A DNA stretch of 63,285 nt, the filler included, from Gonapodya sp. JEL0774 (taxonomy: Eukaryota), in the NCBI GenBank assembly GCA_027604505.1. It is 28 parts of 28 records of this genome, joined end to end, with 100 filler letters (N's around TTAATTAATTAA, not from the genome) between each part and the next. Parts side by side here need not be neighbours in the genome. Positions count along the whole stretch, not along the records: positions 11,384 to 13,556 come from JADIIX010002172.1; positions 13,657 to 15,828 come from JADIIX010002173.1; positions 15,929 to 18,099 come from JADIIX010002174.1; positions 18,200 to 20,369 come from JADIIX010002175.1; positions 20,470 to 22,638 come from JADIIX010002176.1; positions 22,739 to 24,906 come from JADIIX010002177.1; 22 more parts are not named here. The stretch is one strand, 5' to 3'. The notes beneath the pieces are model-generated. The model was not told the origin of the DNA. It did not search any database and worked only from the letters and a program-made list of their open reading frames with translations. Made by a program: the position numbers and the translations under genes. This document shows, piece by piece, positions 11,284 to 24,148 of the stretch (position 1 is the first letter of the stretch; each line of letters begins with the position of its first letter).

Positions 11284-12266
11284 NNNNNNNNNNNNNNNNN
11301 NNNNNNNNNNNNNNNNNNNNNNNNNNNTTAATTAATTAANNNNNNNNNNNNNNNNNNNNNNNNNNNNNNNNNNNNNNNNNNNNGGTGGTTGGTCACTCTC
11401 CGTGTTCCAGGAGTGGGAGTGACGTGGTCGACGTGGCCGTATGTGGTGGTCGTGCATGCGGAGGGTGGTGGGGGAGGGAAGGGGAAGGGGGAGGAGGTGG
11501 ATGGGGTTGTGGTACGGGAGGGGGACGGGGACGAGGGGGATGTGAAGTTGAGGAGGAGTGGGAGGAGTGGCGCAAGTGAAGGGCTGGGGGCCGTGTCTGG
11601 GAAGCCGAGGACAGGAGTGGTAAGGAAGGCTTCGAAGAGGAACAAGAGGAATTCGATACCCAGCTAGGAGGTTTTGTGCGAAATATTAGTATACCCCGTG
11701 CTGGTGAACTGGGGACGGGCAGACCAGAACCAGCTGATCATGTCGTAGTACTGAAGAGTCCTGGAGAAGCAATCTGGATGATGCGCCATCGCTCTCATGC
11801 CCGTCCTCGAGCTATAGACCGGTGGGAGCTCCACTCCCACCCCCCCTGTATGCTGTCCCTTATTTACGCAGTTCTTGATAATAGTAAACGGGCTCGCCAA
11901 CGATCCGATATCCGGTTTTGGAACAGCCATCAGAGTAAGTTCGTTTCTGAATGAAAATTAAATTTATGTTATTTTTATGTAATTTGTATGTCTGATTATT
12001 GCAACAGAGTTTCGTGTTTGATGCACGTGCTTTGTTTGTGCGGTGGAGAGCTGATTGGGTGGGCATGAGAGTGCTGTGCCACAGTCGGTACCTGTCCCTC
12101 CCTCACACAAACTCGACCGTCTTTCCTTTTTGAGACTCGTGAACAACAAACTCAACTCAACGTTACTTCGCATTCAGCTCGCTCTCTCCTGTTGTTGCAC
12201 AAACTCCCCATCGTGCATTCCCCCCCACAACACTCCGCTTTCTCTCCCCCCTTCCCACTCCCGCAA

Positions 12267-13556
12267 ATGTGCGACACCCACCCTCATTCACATCTCAATG
12301 CAGCGGACGACTCTGCTCCACCTCCCGCAATTCCTAAATTAGACCACTCACTCCAATGGTCTGGAACTGGTCATCCTACTGTTAATGGTTAGTCGCCACG
12401 ACGGTGCGGATGGTGCTTGCTGGCAGACGCGAAGATCCCAGCCCCATACACACTCAGTCACCTCCATGCCCTTGTCCACCTTCGCTTCTTTTCTAATCAT
12501 GTTGTTTCCCTACTCGATCAATTTAAACCTCTTTGCACTTCTCACCTCCTTCCTCTGCTCTCCAGACGTCGAAGCCTACCTCCGAGACGCACTCTCAAAA
12601 CGGGTCATGTTCATCGACGGCGCGATGGGGACTATGATTCAGAGGTACAGACTCACAGAGGACGACTTTCGTGGGACAGAGTTTACCAGGGAAAAGTATC
12701 CAAAGGACCTCAAGGGGAACAATGTGAGTGCAGTGCTGAACAAGGGCGGTGCCCCGGCCCAAGGTGAACAGAGTGGGCAAGAGGCGAGGCGGCCGAAGCC
12801 GAACAGAGTGAGGAATAGAGACCTTTGGAGTGCATGTGAAAGGTCTTGTCTTGAACAGAGCCATTGAAACCGCTGCAACTCAATTGTACCCGTCTGATCT
12901 CCCTTCCTTCGTGTGCTCCGCTCCATCATACTTTATTTCCAAACTAATAACCACCCCCCGACCCACCCGGCCCCCTCCCCCACCAAGGACCTCATGGCCA
13001 TCACCCGCCCCGACGTCCTCTCCGCCATTCACCGCCAATACCTCGACGCTGGCTCCGACATCATCGAAACCAACACCTTCTCCGGTACATGCATCGCCCA
13101 AGCCGACTACGGCATGGAACTCCTCGCCTACCGCATCAACTACGAATCTGCCCGCGTCGCAAAACAGGCCACCGCAGAGTACTCGCTGCGCGACCCAACC
13201 AAACCCCGCTTCGTGGCCGGCGCTCTGGGACCCACCAACCGCACCGCCTCCATATCCCCGTCGGTGGAAAACCCATCGTACCGCAACGTCACCTTTGACG
13301 AGCTCGTGCAGGCCTATTCCGAACAGGTCCGCGGCCTCCTCGACGGCGGGGCTGACTTTCTGCTCGTGGAAACGGTCTTCGACACCCTGAACGCCAAAGC
13401 GGCCCTCTACGCCATCGACACGCTGTGGGACTCCCCGCACAACTACACGCGCGTGCCCATCATGATCTCGGGCACCATCGTGGACAATTCGGGCCGCACC
13501 TTGTCGGGCCAGACGGGCGAGGCCTTCATCGCCAGCGTCCTGCACGCCCGCCCCTT
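12267..13556 (+). CDS. metH: Cobalamin-dependent methionine synthase, homocysteine-binding domain (3' truncated)
   Basis: [84 protein letters not shown]; introns at about 12388-12566 and 12724-12987. Confidence 0.93.
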
Positions 13557-13790
13557 NNNNNNNNNNNNNNNNNNNNNNNNNNNNNNNNNNNNNNNNNNNN
13601 TTAATTAATTAANNNNNNNNNNNNNNNNNNNNNNNNNNNNNNNNNNNNNNNNNNNNCGTCCGCCGGATCCGAACGCACGGCGCTCAAACAAATCTCGGAA
13701 ACGTTCCCCACATAAAGACATCAAACAGAATCAAATTTCCGCTTTTTCGTCCCACCCATCTCAAACCGCTCACTTCACTCTTATCACACA

Positions 13791-15828
13791 ATGTGCGTTG
13801 GTCACCCCTATGGCTTTCCCCTTGTCCGGGTCCCCTTCCCTCGCTGACTCCCCGTCCCCATTCCCCATTCCCATTCCCCACCCCCCATGAACCCCCCACT
13901 TCCCAGGTCCGGCAAAGGTCGCAAGGTCTACATCGTCGGTGTTGGCATGACACACTTCGACAAGCCCGGACGCCGGAAGGAGTGAGTCCACCCCTTGCCG
14001 CCTGTGTCGTTCGGAACCTCAATTTCATTACTTCCGCCCCTCAGCGTCGACTACCCAGACTACGGCATCGAAGCTGGCACCAAAGCCCTTCTTGACGCAG
14101 GTATTACCTACGACAGTGTCGAGGTGAGGCAAATCATTCACATTGTTCCTTGTCGGCTCGTCTCATCCGACCTCAACCGCTTCACACATCCCTACCCACC
14201 CACCCATCCACCCATCCACCTCCCCCGTCAATCTCCACCCCCCAAGTTCGCCGCCGTCGGCTACTGCTACGGCGACTCCACATGCGGCCAACGCGTGCTG
14301 TACGGCCTGGGCATGAACCAGATCCCAATCATCAACGTGAACAACAACTGTTCCACAGGTGGGTAGTTTGTCGGAGTGTGTAGGTTCGAGGGGGTGTGCG
14401 GGTGTGCGGGTGTGCTGGTGTGTGGGTGTGGAAACGGGAAACGGGAAACGGGAACGGGAGGTGGGGATCCATGCCGCGGGATAGAAACGTGTGACATGCA
14501 GTACGGACGTTCAGGAAGAGTTGGCACACACACGTCGGACCTGTTTGGCCGCCGTTTGCAATCCGACCGTATCCACTCCACTCCACTATGCACTACGCTT
14601 CATCTCCCTCCCCATTCACCACGCCCCTCTCCCTTCCCTCCCTTACCCCTCACCTCCGCCCCCTCCCTTGCCCCCCTCCCCCACCCCAGGCTCCACCGCC
14701 CTCTACGTCTGCCGCCAAGCCATCGAAGGCGGCATCTACGACTGCGCCCTCGCCCTTGGGTTCGAGAAGATGTCCCCCGGCTCCCTCCAGGCGTACTTCA
14801 ACGACAGGGAGAACCCAGGTGCCTGGTCGGGAAAGATTATGGCAGAGACCAGGGGGATTAACCCCAAGGCACCGGGGGCGGCGCAGATATTGTGAGTTTA
14901 GGGGGGAGTTGGACGGGGAGTGGGTTCGAAACAGATCGTGGTGGTTCGGCGTGCCGTTGATTCGCGTTCATGGTTTCGAAACGATCAAACCCCTCTTGGC
15001 GGACTCGAATCTCCTGCACAGCGTACTCACCCTCCCCCTCTCTACCCTCACTCTACCCCCCATCCCCCTCCCACCTCCAGCGGTAACGCCGGCATCGAGT
15101 ACATGGAAAAGTACGGGGCCGAAGCGAAGCACATGGCCATGATCGGTGCCAAGAACCACACGCACAGCGCTTTGAACCCGTACTCGCAGTTCATGGACCC
15201 GGCCACCACCGAACAAGTGACCAAGTCCAAGACCATTTTCGGCCCCTTGACGTTGCTCCAGTGTTGCCCCACCTCGGACGGGTCCGGTGCCGTGGTGCTG
15301 GCGTCGGAGGATTTCGTAAGGAAGCACGGGTTGCAGCCCCAGGCCGTGGAGATTGTGGCCCAGACCATGGCGACAGAGTGAGTTGGCGGAGATGGGGCGG
15401 GGGCTTAGGGGATTGGGGGGTTGGATGCATGTCGGTCGGTCCCGCGTCCACTGGATGCACTCTTGCTCACAACCCACCCACCCACCCACCCAGCTCCTAC
15501 CTCCCCATCTCTACGCGCTCGTCCATGGAAGTCGCGGGCTTCGACATGACCAAACGTGCCGCCTCGGACGCGTACAAGATTGCAAAGATCACCAGGGACG
15601 ACGTGGGCGTCGTCGAGTTGCACGATTGCTTCAGCGCTAACGAGGTGCGGTGCGGTGTGCGGGGTGTGCGGGGTGTGCGGTTACTTGCATGGGCCGATGG
15701 GGAGAGTTGTGATTGACGCTTTCTTCCGCGGGCCCCCCCCCTCACCCCCCCCAGCTCATCACCTACGACGCCCTCGGTCTGGCCGACCCGGGCAAAGCCC
15801 ACAAGCTTATTGAATCCGGCAACGCGAC
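13791..15828 (+). CDS. Sterol carrier protein X type thiolase (SCP2 thiolase), 7 introns, 3' truncated
   Basis: Spliced [77 protein letters not shown]. Confidence 0.92.
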
Positions 15829-16121
15829 NNNNNNNNNNNNNNNNNNNNNNNNNNNNNNNNNNNNNNNNNNNNTTAATTAATTAANNNNNNNNNNNNNNNN
15901 NNNNNNNNNNNNNNNNNNNNNNNNNNNNGGTTGGACTGTTCATGTTGGGGAGGTGTTGCAAGTTGGTGTTGGTGTTGAGGGGTTGGTAATGACGGAAGTC
16001 GAGATGTAAGACTAAATTCTTGTTGTGGAGCGGTGTCGTAAGTTGAAGCGGGCGAAGGGGGTGACAAAGGAGGTGTGGGGTGAGACGGTCGGTTACGGTA
16101 AGGGGATACTCCGCACTGGGT

Positions 16122-16613
16122 CTACGGAATGAGCAGTGAGACTAAGGAATGATCACTGGCAAAAGCGCATTTGAATTTTCGATGACTCACTGTATCACTG
16201 GCGTCCGTCTCTGACTGTTCAGCATTGCAACTGATCCGCCTTCGATGGCCCCATCGGTCCTCCTGCATCGCCTCCATCGCCTCAAGAACAGCAGCCGCTT
16301 CCTCATCTCGTTGTTTTTCGGTGGTTCGTTTGAGAGAAGATTCGAGCGCAGCCATCCTTTGCAGCAGCTCCAAGGCCACGTGTCCAACGAGTTCAAGTCC
16401 ACGTTCCGCCGCTTCCCGAGCCTTTCTCTCCATCTGAAGCTCCACCCGCAAAGAAGCTAGCTCAGTCAGGGCCTGCGAGAGAGCCGCACGGACAGCAGAA
16501 GTATCGTCCTCATCTGGTAAAGATTGTCTGCCCATTACTGTTTCTGACATCGTGATTCGAGGCGGAGTCGGCTTTCTGACGATTCCGCTCATCTCGCTGG
16601 TTAAAATAACCAT
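16122..16613 (-). CDS. Hypothetical coiled-coil protein
   Basis: 163-aa ORF with a heptad-rich central region; no family recognised. Confidence 0.4.
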   Translation of the reverse strand: MVILTSEMSGIVRKPTPPRITMSETVMGRQSLPDEDDTSAVRAALSQALTELASLRVELQMERKAREAAERGLELVGHVALELLQRMAALESSLKRTTEKQRDEEAAAVLEAMEAMQEDRWGHRRRISCNAEQSETDASDTVSHRKFKCAFASDHSLVSLLIP

Positions 16614-16822
16614 GGTAACTCGATCGAGTACGTACCGTTACGGGGTCCTGAAACGAAGTTTGCTCAATGAGCTTTCTGCATACCAGGAAGTTGGCACTCA
16701 AATTGCGAACTCTAATTCGTGCACGGGTGAACCGCGGTTGGCAGCCGATCGATCGATTTGAGAGAGCTGAAAAAGTCCCGATTTTCTGGAGATTTGCGCT
16801 TTCATACTACTGAATCATTTTG

Positions 16823-18076
16823 ATGCCACTTGCATCAAGCCTTGCAGCTGCGTCGGCGGGGTACGATGCGTTCGGTCGGCGATGGGTGGACTTCACTTCG
16901 CATTTCTTAGCGGCACTTGTTCCGTACACGGGAACGGCAATCGCCGAATGCGTTGTGCACGTCGTGTGCTCACAAGTCGCCTTTCATGTGGGTGACTCTG
17001 GTTCTTTCCGGTGCCTGTTCTCTTCGGGATACCGGAAGCGCTTTACTTCGTGACTCATGCATACAACATACATCCTCCACCGACCATCCCGAGCACAGAC
17101 TTTCTTCTGGCCGGGCTTCCTCCTCGCCCGCTACATCGATCGCAACCATATCCTAGACCGCTACAAATTGCACCCTGGGAAATGGGCTCCGGCGGACCTC
17201 AATGAGCGAGTGTGGAAAGGGTTGACGACACCACCACCACCGTTTATGGGAGCAGCGAGGATGACTTTGGCGTATTGGATGTTTTTCTCGATGGGGAGAC
17301 AAAGGTGAGGCTCTATGTGCTTGCACTGTTGGAACGGATGCCTAACATGTGACCCCGCCTCAGCATCACAGGTTTCTCCCCTTTCAAGACGTACATCACC
17401 AAAATGGCAGCAGTTTATCTATTGAACGATTTCTTTGACTACGTCAGACATCGCGCACTGTACGTTGTCCGCGAATGTGTCTCACTTTCAGTGCTGCTCC
17501 CCTCACTGATCGCTCCACCAAAACTCCATTCCAGACACGAAGTCCCATCATGGTACAAGCTCTACCACAAGAAGCACCACGAGTTTAAAGTAACCAATGT
17601 TGGTGCGACATCGTGGAACGACTGGGAGGAGAGTTTCGGAATCATGGTGATCGGCAACGTGGGTTCCAGCCAACGAACGCCAAACCACCGAATACGGAAC
17701 ACCTTTACAGAGAAAGTACTAAACGGGGCCTCCAAATAGCTCGCCGCTGTCCTCTCTGGTCTCAACCTGTTCGAGTACATGTCGTGGCTGGCATTAGGGA
17801 CTTTCATTGATGCGGTGAGTTTCCCATCATAATTCCAGGTTTGTCGCAGTGGTGCAGATTCATGTTCATGCCAACTCCAGCATCTCCACATTGGATACCG
17901 AATCCCGTACAATCCGCTCAACATTATCGCACCTCCCGAGTGGCACGGTAAGCTCCAAGCGCAGTGTTCTGTCATTGTTTTGATCTCGACAACTTATTTC
18001 TCCAAAGACTTCCACCACTACAAAAACGTCGGCAACTACTCCACAGGCACCATCTTCTGGGACCTACTCTTCGGCG
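16823..18076 (+). CDS. Fatty acid hydroxylase / sterol desaturase superfamily protein (ERG25/ERG3-like), multi-intron
   Basis: His boxes across exons: DYVRHRALH, YHKKHHEF, HIGY, EWHDFHHY-KNVGNYS...WDLLFG. 5' exon structure approximate. Confidence 0.8.
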
Positions 18077-18431
18077 TAAGTTTGCCACCGCACAATCCCN
18101 NNNNNNNNNNNNNNNNNNNNNNNNNNNNNNNNNNNNNNNNNNNTTAATTAATTAANNNNNNNNNNNNNNNNNNNNNNNNNNNNNNNNNNNNNNNNNNNNT
18201 GTGCGGATGTAGGCGAGGGTAGGGGATTTGTGAAGATATATGGGTTACCTGTATGAACAAATTCAGAGTGGGGACAATTCACACGGCCAGTTCAGCATTG
18301 AATTATTATGCGTGATTTCCATTAGTTGTAACCTCATATGACCACAAAATTATAAAGATTGTTGCGGCCATTATTATGTCTATCGTACGACTGATATCAG
18401 TGCTCGCGCTCGAATCTGGGACTTCTCCGGC

Positions 18432-20369
18432 CTAAGATCCTTCTAGCGCACCCTCAGATTCACCGACGGCACCAAGCTGCCATGACGCCGCGGCGGAGGT
18501 GAGCGCAAACACGACTGAAAGCCAGAGGCAGATATCCAGCCTTGCTGAGCCCGTGTATTGCTTGTCGGGAGGGACATTGCTCCGTCAACATGCAACTCCT
18601 ACACACCTGTGCCGTAGAGCTCTTCATGGTACTCACGTACACTACTCCTGAAATTACCACCCCCACCAACCTCCCTGCAGCATTTGCCATGTAGTAGAAC
18701 CCGACGTTCTGGGCCACCTTGTCGTGTCCCGAATACGCCACAATGAGGAACGAATGCAACGAACTCAGTACCGCAAAGATGAAGGCAAAAAAGAACAGCC
18801 CGACTGGAGAAGAAGAAAGCACGTTGTATGAATATGATTGATGAGGGGATCACTGACTCGGAAAGCCGTTGCACAACTCACCAACTACAAACGCCGCTGT
18901 TGCACCATCGCTCACAACCCCTGCGCCATTCCACCCATCCCACACCGCCGCAGTTCTCTCTGGCCTAATCAAGCTCACTCCCACCGCCAGGATCGCGGTC
19001 ATCACTGCCAGTGCTAGACACCACCCTGCAAGGATCGGACCACCTCTACCTCGCAAAGGGTATTGTCCCATGCGGGCGAGTACAAGGTGGGGCGCTGCGC
19101 CTTGTACGAAGCCGTAAAAGATGACCCAGCCGGCAAGGAAGAAGCCGGTGGGGAAGTAAGACCAGCCGAGGGTGCCTTTAACAATTACAGTCGGTGGTAA
19201 GAGTGTGCACGGTTTGTAGTGATCAGAAAAAGTGGGAAAGGAGACGCACCACGAAGATAGACTGGAAGGACGACTTCAAACCACAGGTCTCGCGCGCCAA
19301 AAAGAAAAAGACGAGCGACCGAGATCATGTTGACTTGTGCACCTTTGTTGAAAATCGTTTTGATCGTGAGGGGTGTTTTATCCTGCAGTAATGGTCCTAT
19401 TATGGGGTGTGTTCTTGCTTCGCACAATCACGAGTTAACCGAAGGTCAAGTGTACCTTTGATTGTCCGATTCCCGAGTCCACAAAAAGTATTGCGGGTAT
19501 CAACGTTAGGACGAGGAGACCTAAAATGACTCCAACTGCAAGATAGTAACCACCCTGCAGAAGGGCAACACCAAAGAAGTAGCCGAATCCCTACTCAAAG
19601 ATCAGTGCAAATCGGACTCGGTATACAAATTCGAGCAACATAAGCATCTTTAGATGCGCTTACCTTGACACTATTCTTCGACCCTGTCAACCACGCAACG
19701 ATCTTGAAGAGCCCGCTCTGTGCGGCATCGTCTGCGCCCTTCTTCGTCTTCACGAGCTTGGTCACGCTCTTACCAGATAGTTTCACCAGGTCCTTCGCAA
19801 TGCCGCACAACGCCTGTGATACTGTCACGTACACAATGACAGCGGCTGTGGACCATTCGGAAACGCGAAGACCGAACAGCATGGCGACACCGATGATTTG
19901 GATTGCGAGCCCGGAGACCAAGGGGAGTTTGAGGCCCCATTTGGAGCCAGCAATGCCGCCGAGGAGGTTGGTGGCAACACCCATGAGTTCGTAGAAGGAG
20001 AACATGATCGCCAGTTGGAAAGCCTTACAAACACATATATTAATCTGACTCAGGGAAAGTTCCATTTTAGAACACCTTCATTGAAGCTTACTCCAAATCC
20101 CAGAAGAAATAGTTGGAGAAGAACAACCATGCGAACAGCTGAGTCTGTGAGCGAGAACGCCAGGTATCCGGAAGCAATAACGTAGAAGTTACGCGTGGTG
20201 CGATCTCGCTGGCTTTTCGAGTCCTTGTCAGTAGAAATCAGAGGGACAGTCGATTCTCCAAGCTTCTCCGAGTGTGTCCCTGCAGCTCTTGTAGTGGAGG
20301 ACTCGACTAGTGGTAGCGAAGTGTCCGTTTGGAGAACGAGCTCTTCGGCTAATGGGGCTGCCTGATCCG
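18432..20369 (-). CDS. arsJ: ArsJ-family organoarsenical efflux MFS transporter, intron-containing (5' truncated)
   Basis: Spliced motifs GYLAFSLTDSAVRMVVLL, FYELMGVATNLLGG, QALCGIAKDLVKLSGKS, VAWLTGSKNSVKGFGYF, ARLFLFGARDLWFEVVLPVYL, SSLHSFLIVAY...VGFYYMANAAGRLVG. Confidence 0.85.
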
Positions 20370-20469
20370 NNNNNNNNNNNNNNNNNNNNNNNNNNNNNNN
20401 NNNNNNNNNNNNNTTAATTAATTAANNNNNNNNNNNNNNNNNNNNNNNNNNNNNNNNNNNNNNNNNNNN

Positions 20470-20757
20470 CGCTATGATTGCATCATCAAGCGAAGTTGAG
20501 GTGGAATCTTCATTGACCACATCGGGCGAGGACGCAAGTGCTTGCGTTGGTTGGGAACAAGGTAATGACGTTTTACCCTTGGAATTCTGATTTGAGAGGT
20601 TGTCGGGCTCTCCGTCGCTGGCTGGACGTTCCAAGAGGGGAGTGGTTTGACGTGAACCACGAACCCGCTTCGATGGTCGGTCAGGAGACGCCCGCTGTGC
20701 TGTGTTTTCACCGTGTCCATCGAGATTGCCTACTGAGGAGAGAGTGCGCTTGGTCAT
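20470..20757 (-). CDS. N-terminus of an unidentified protein (3' truncated)
   Basis: ATG-initiated ORF open to the contig end, with NLS-like PSKRVR. Confidence 0.35.
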
Positions 20758-21286
20758 TTCTTGGAATCAATTGAGCATTTGGGATGGTCCTGTGGCCTCC
20801 TACACACTCGAAACGATCAATCTCCCGCGTTCACTATAATACAGCTGTGTTGCAAGATGAAGTTTTGCGCAATGTAGTATGCGCTCTCGTACATGACTTG
20901 TACTTTCGTGCATGATTTAACCGTGCAATGAACACTGGAAGTACACAGTATTGATTCTGTTCACCGAGATTGAGATCTGCATTGGAGGAGGAACTCACAC
21001 TCTTGTCGGAAGTATTCAATCACAGCATATTTTGACGGAGACTTGCGTGTAAGCACAAGTGTGAGGTGGCCGAAGATATCCACGCCTTCACCGACACTGT
21101 TACTGATCAGATACATACATAGTACCTTCACTGCAAACAAAGTGTGGTTAGTGGCGAGACTATAATTACTATAATTATGTTCTGGAAGAGGATTTTATCA
21201 AATGTCATATAAGTATTTAGCTGCTAAGAAATTGAACTCGCACATGCATATGAATTCACTTTCATCCCGAGAATACCTTTTTCATA

Positions 21287-22638
21287 TCATATTTTACGTT
21301 GCCGACCCTTTCTTCTCGAAGATTTGGCCTCATCCATGAACTCTGAACAGTTGGTTGTGCGATCTCTTTAGCTTGGTCACGGATGATCACACAAAGCAAA
21401 CATCAAAACTCACTTCTGAACGTATTTAACTGCAGCATTCTGAATGTGAAACCGCATTGTCAAAGTCAAGTGTGAGCATGCTTGAATTGCAGAAACTGTA
21501 TCCCCAAACGAGACTCACGTGAACACCTCTGTGAGAGTCAAGTCAAAAAGATCCAGCGTGATCTCTTTCTTTGCTCTCTGCAAATGAACTGTGATATTTC
21601 TTTTCTCAAATAACCTTCTCTGTATCTTACCTTTGCGTGCAACTCTCTTGTAACATGGAACGGCAAGTTAAGTTGCATCTCACCTGTGTCATCTATGTAT
21701 TGTGTCATTATATCCATCCATTGCGGTAACAGTAAATCAGGAACAGGTGATTTCGCAGCTGAGGGGGGTAAGTGATCCAACCAGAACGGGTGCGGCTTCC
21801 CACTGTCGACCAATGTGCTCCCGGTCTCGGCAGTTCCGACTGAGCTCACTCGCTTGTCCATTATACTGCTTCTGGCGTATTTTGGTGCATTTTGAAGGGT
21901 AGGAAGCGATTTTGCTGCCCCTGTACGCAGTAGCTCGTTTGAGGTTTCTTCATGAAGGGATTGCATGTGCTCAACAAACAGCTGATCGTCGTTCAAATTC
22001 AAACTGGAGCTCACACGAAAAGTTACAGTAAAAACTTACCACGTTTTCAACTGATCACATCAATTCCAAAGATTAGCTTATTAATTTGCAAAACTATTGC
22101 GAGTTTTCGAATCACAGCCACTGTGCTTGCTCACCAGAAAAATCCTTCACAGCAAAATTTTTGAAGTCCATCCAATTTTCCCCCCCCTTGGAAACGAGCT
22201 CCCAAAATAATGTCTCATCTGAACCTTCTGATGCAGGCGCGTTATCTGCAGAACCTGCCGTCACTTTGGAACGTGATAATCTCATAGCGTCATAGACCGG
22301 TATCACCACGGCCATGGTGTGGGTACAGAGGCCCCAGATTATTATGAAAATAGATGGATTCCAGAAGACAAGAGACCTTTTTTCATCGTCGCCTGGCATC
22401 AGATACCAAGAGATATTCGCAACAAAGAGTGCCGTTCCAGTTGCACATGAAATAAGTAGCTCTCTTCGTATTCCGTGTGCATCTGCAACAACGGAAAGCT
22501 GAACCGTTTGGTTCACCGTGGAAGACAAGAACCGTCGTGCCTACCATGCGTGTTTCTCAGTCCGAACCCAATAGCAGGACCAACAAGGAGAAAAGAGCCA
22601 ATCAAGAGCTTCACAATAATCCAGTCTGGCCCAAATCC
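21287..22638 (-). CDS. Transmembrane plus RGS domain protein (7TM-RGS-like), 5' truncated
   Basis: Hydrophobic helices around DAHGIRRELLI and HTMAVVIPV, followed by RGS motifs FKNFAVKDFSGE and IMTQYIDDTGEMQLNLPFHVTREL. Confidence 0.7.
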
Positions 22639-22738
22639 NNNNNNNNNNNNNNNNNNNNNNNNNNNNNNNNNNNNNNNNNNNNTTAATTAATTAANNNNNN
22701 NNNNNNNNNNNNNNNNNNNNNNNNNNNNNNNNNNNNNN

Positions 22739-23896
22739 CGGTATCGCTTTACTATTACGACAGAAGAAGCTCGTTTTGGAGCATTGGATGGAGTCGTGGA
22801 AGTATTGCTGTCGGACACAACAGGGTTTTTGAGAGTGCTTCGCGCGGATAAAGGGGTGGCCTCATCAATATTAGGGAAATAGGATAGTACAAGTGAAAAC
22901 TACTGTAACAACATCGATAACAACTTGGGGAGGCTCACCGTAATCGGGCTGCGTGGCAAACTGGTCGTGGAGCGAGCGGAATGTGCACTTGTGTCGACGG
23001 GTTCGGGGGAGTCCACATTCACCCTAGAGCCCTTCGCGGATTTCACGAAGGAAAACGCTCTATCCTCTCTCTGAAGCGGACGCGGTGATCGATCATCCTG
23101 ATTCTGCTGGATTACCCCGGAACTGACGGGCCCTTCCTTACTGTGAAAACCTTCGTTTTGAGATAAGTCTCTGACATTGGACCCATCCGTCGTGGGTTGA
23201 TCTGTGTTTCTGTGCTCGTTTTTCTTTGATGTGTATGAGTAATGTCCGGAGCCAACGGCATCGCTCCCTCTTGTGTTATCCGCCGGTGGGATTCCGACGG
23301 GCGCATTTGAGATTACATGGCGAGAAGCGCGTGGAATCATCCCTTCTGTTGTGTCCCTTCGTTCCACAGGGGGTTCCGCATCTGAAGGGGAGACGAGTTC
23401 AGTTGAAACTGAATGCATCTTTTCGCCATTATTGAACCGTCCAGGCAACGGAGGATCTTCTCCTGTAATCGTTATCGATTTAGTCGACAGAGATGTTGAT
23501 GATCGCACTATTGTGGGTCCTGCCCAATGCGCTCCGCGATACAGAATCTCAACGGGACTCCGAGCGCTTGGCGACCCATTGACGGTAGTGGGAGAACCAC
23601 AGTTGGAGCTCGAGATCTCACTTCTCCCAGTCTTCGTTGTGATAGTTGGATTTTGATGTATAATCCTCATTTTTCTGGCCTCTATTATCCCCCGAATGAA
23701 GAAAGTTCAAGATAGTCCCTCCTGCAAAGATCCGCAGCCCTTCGCGGATCTGCGAAGCTTTCCATAATGTTTGATAGTCGCATTCGACGAGACACTTTCC
23801 AGTATGGAGTAGGCAGAGCACACGACCAACAATCTGTCACACGCGAACGGAGAAGATTAGCGGTGTTTTGTTCCCATTCGTGAGGTTATCTTGTGA
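22739..23896 (-). CDS. Hypothetical Ser/Pro-rich protein (exon structure uncertain)
   Basis: 256-aa low-complexity ORF at 22900-23670 with probable flanking exons. Confidence 0.35.
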
Positions 23897-24148
23897 TCAA
23901 GGTACCGACCCCACTCACGGGCATCGTCTCGATCCCGGCAAAACATGTTTATCTCACACACCGCTTCGAGCATCTTTTTTCCCTTTTCGAAAATCGATTT
24001 ATTCGTATCTACGGGGGTGTTGACTCGACGCCACATGAGGAACGAACGCCAAATATGCGGCACCCTCGCCACACCCCTCTTGAGTCCTTCTCCCCCCCCC
24101 CCAGGTCACCACTTTACAAAATCCCCATCGGACTGTCATCGGGCGACG

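Noticed and set aside
9508..20369. Apparent detoxification cluster (YdeI, GST, MetH, ArsJ)
   Set aside because: Only YdeI and GST share a contig; the other adjacencies come from size sorting.
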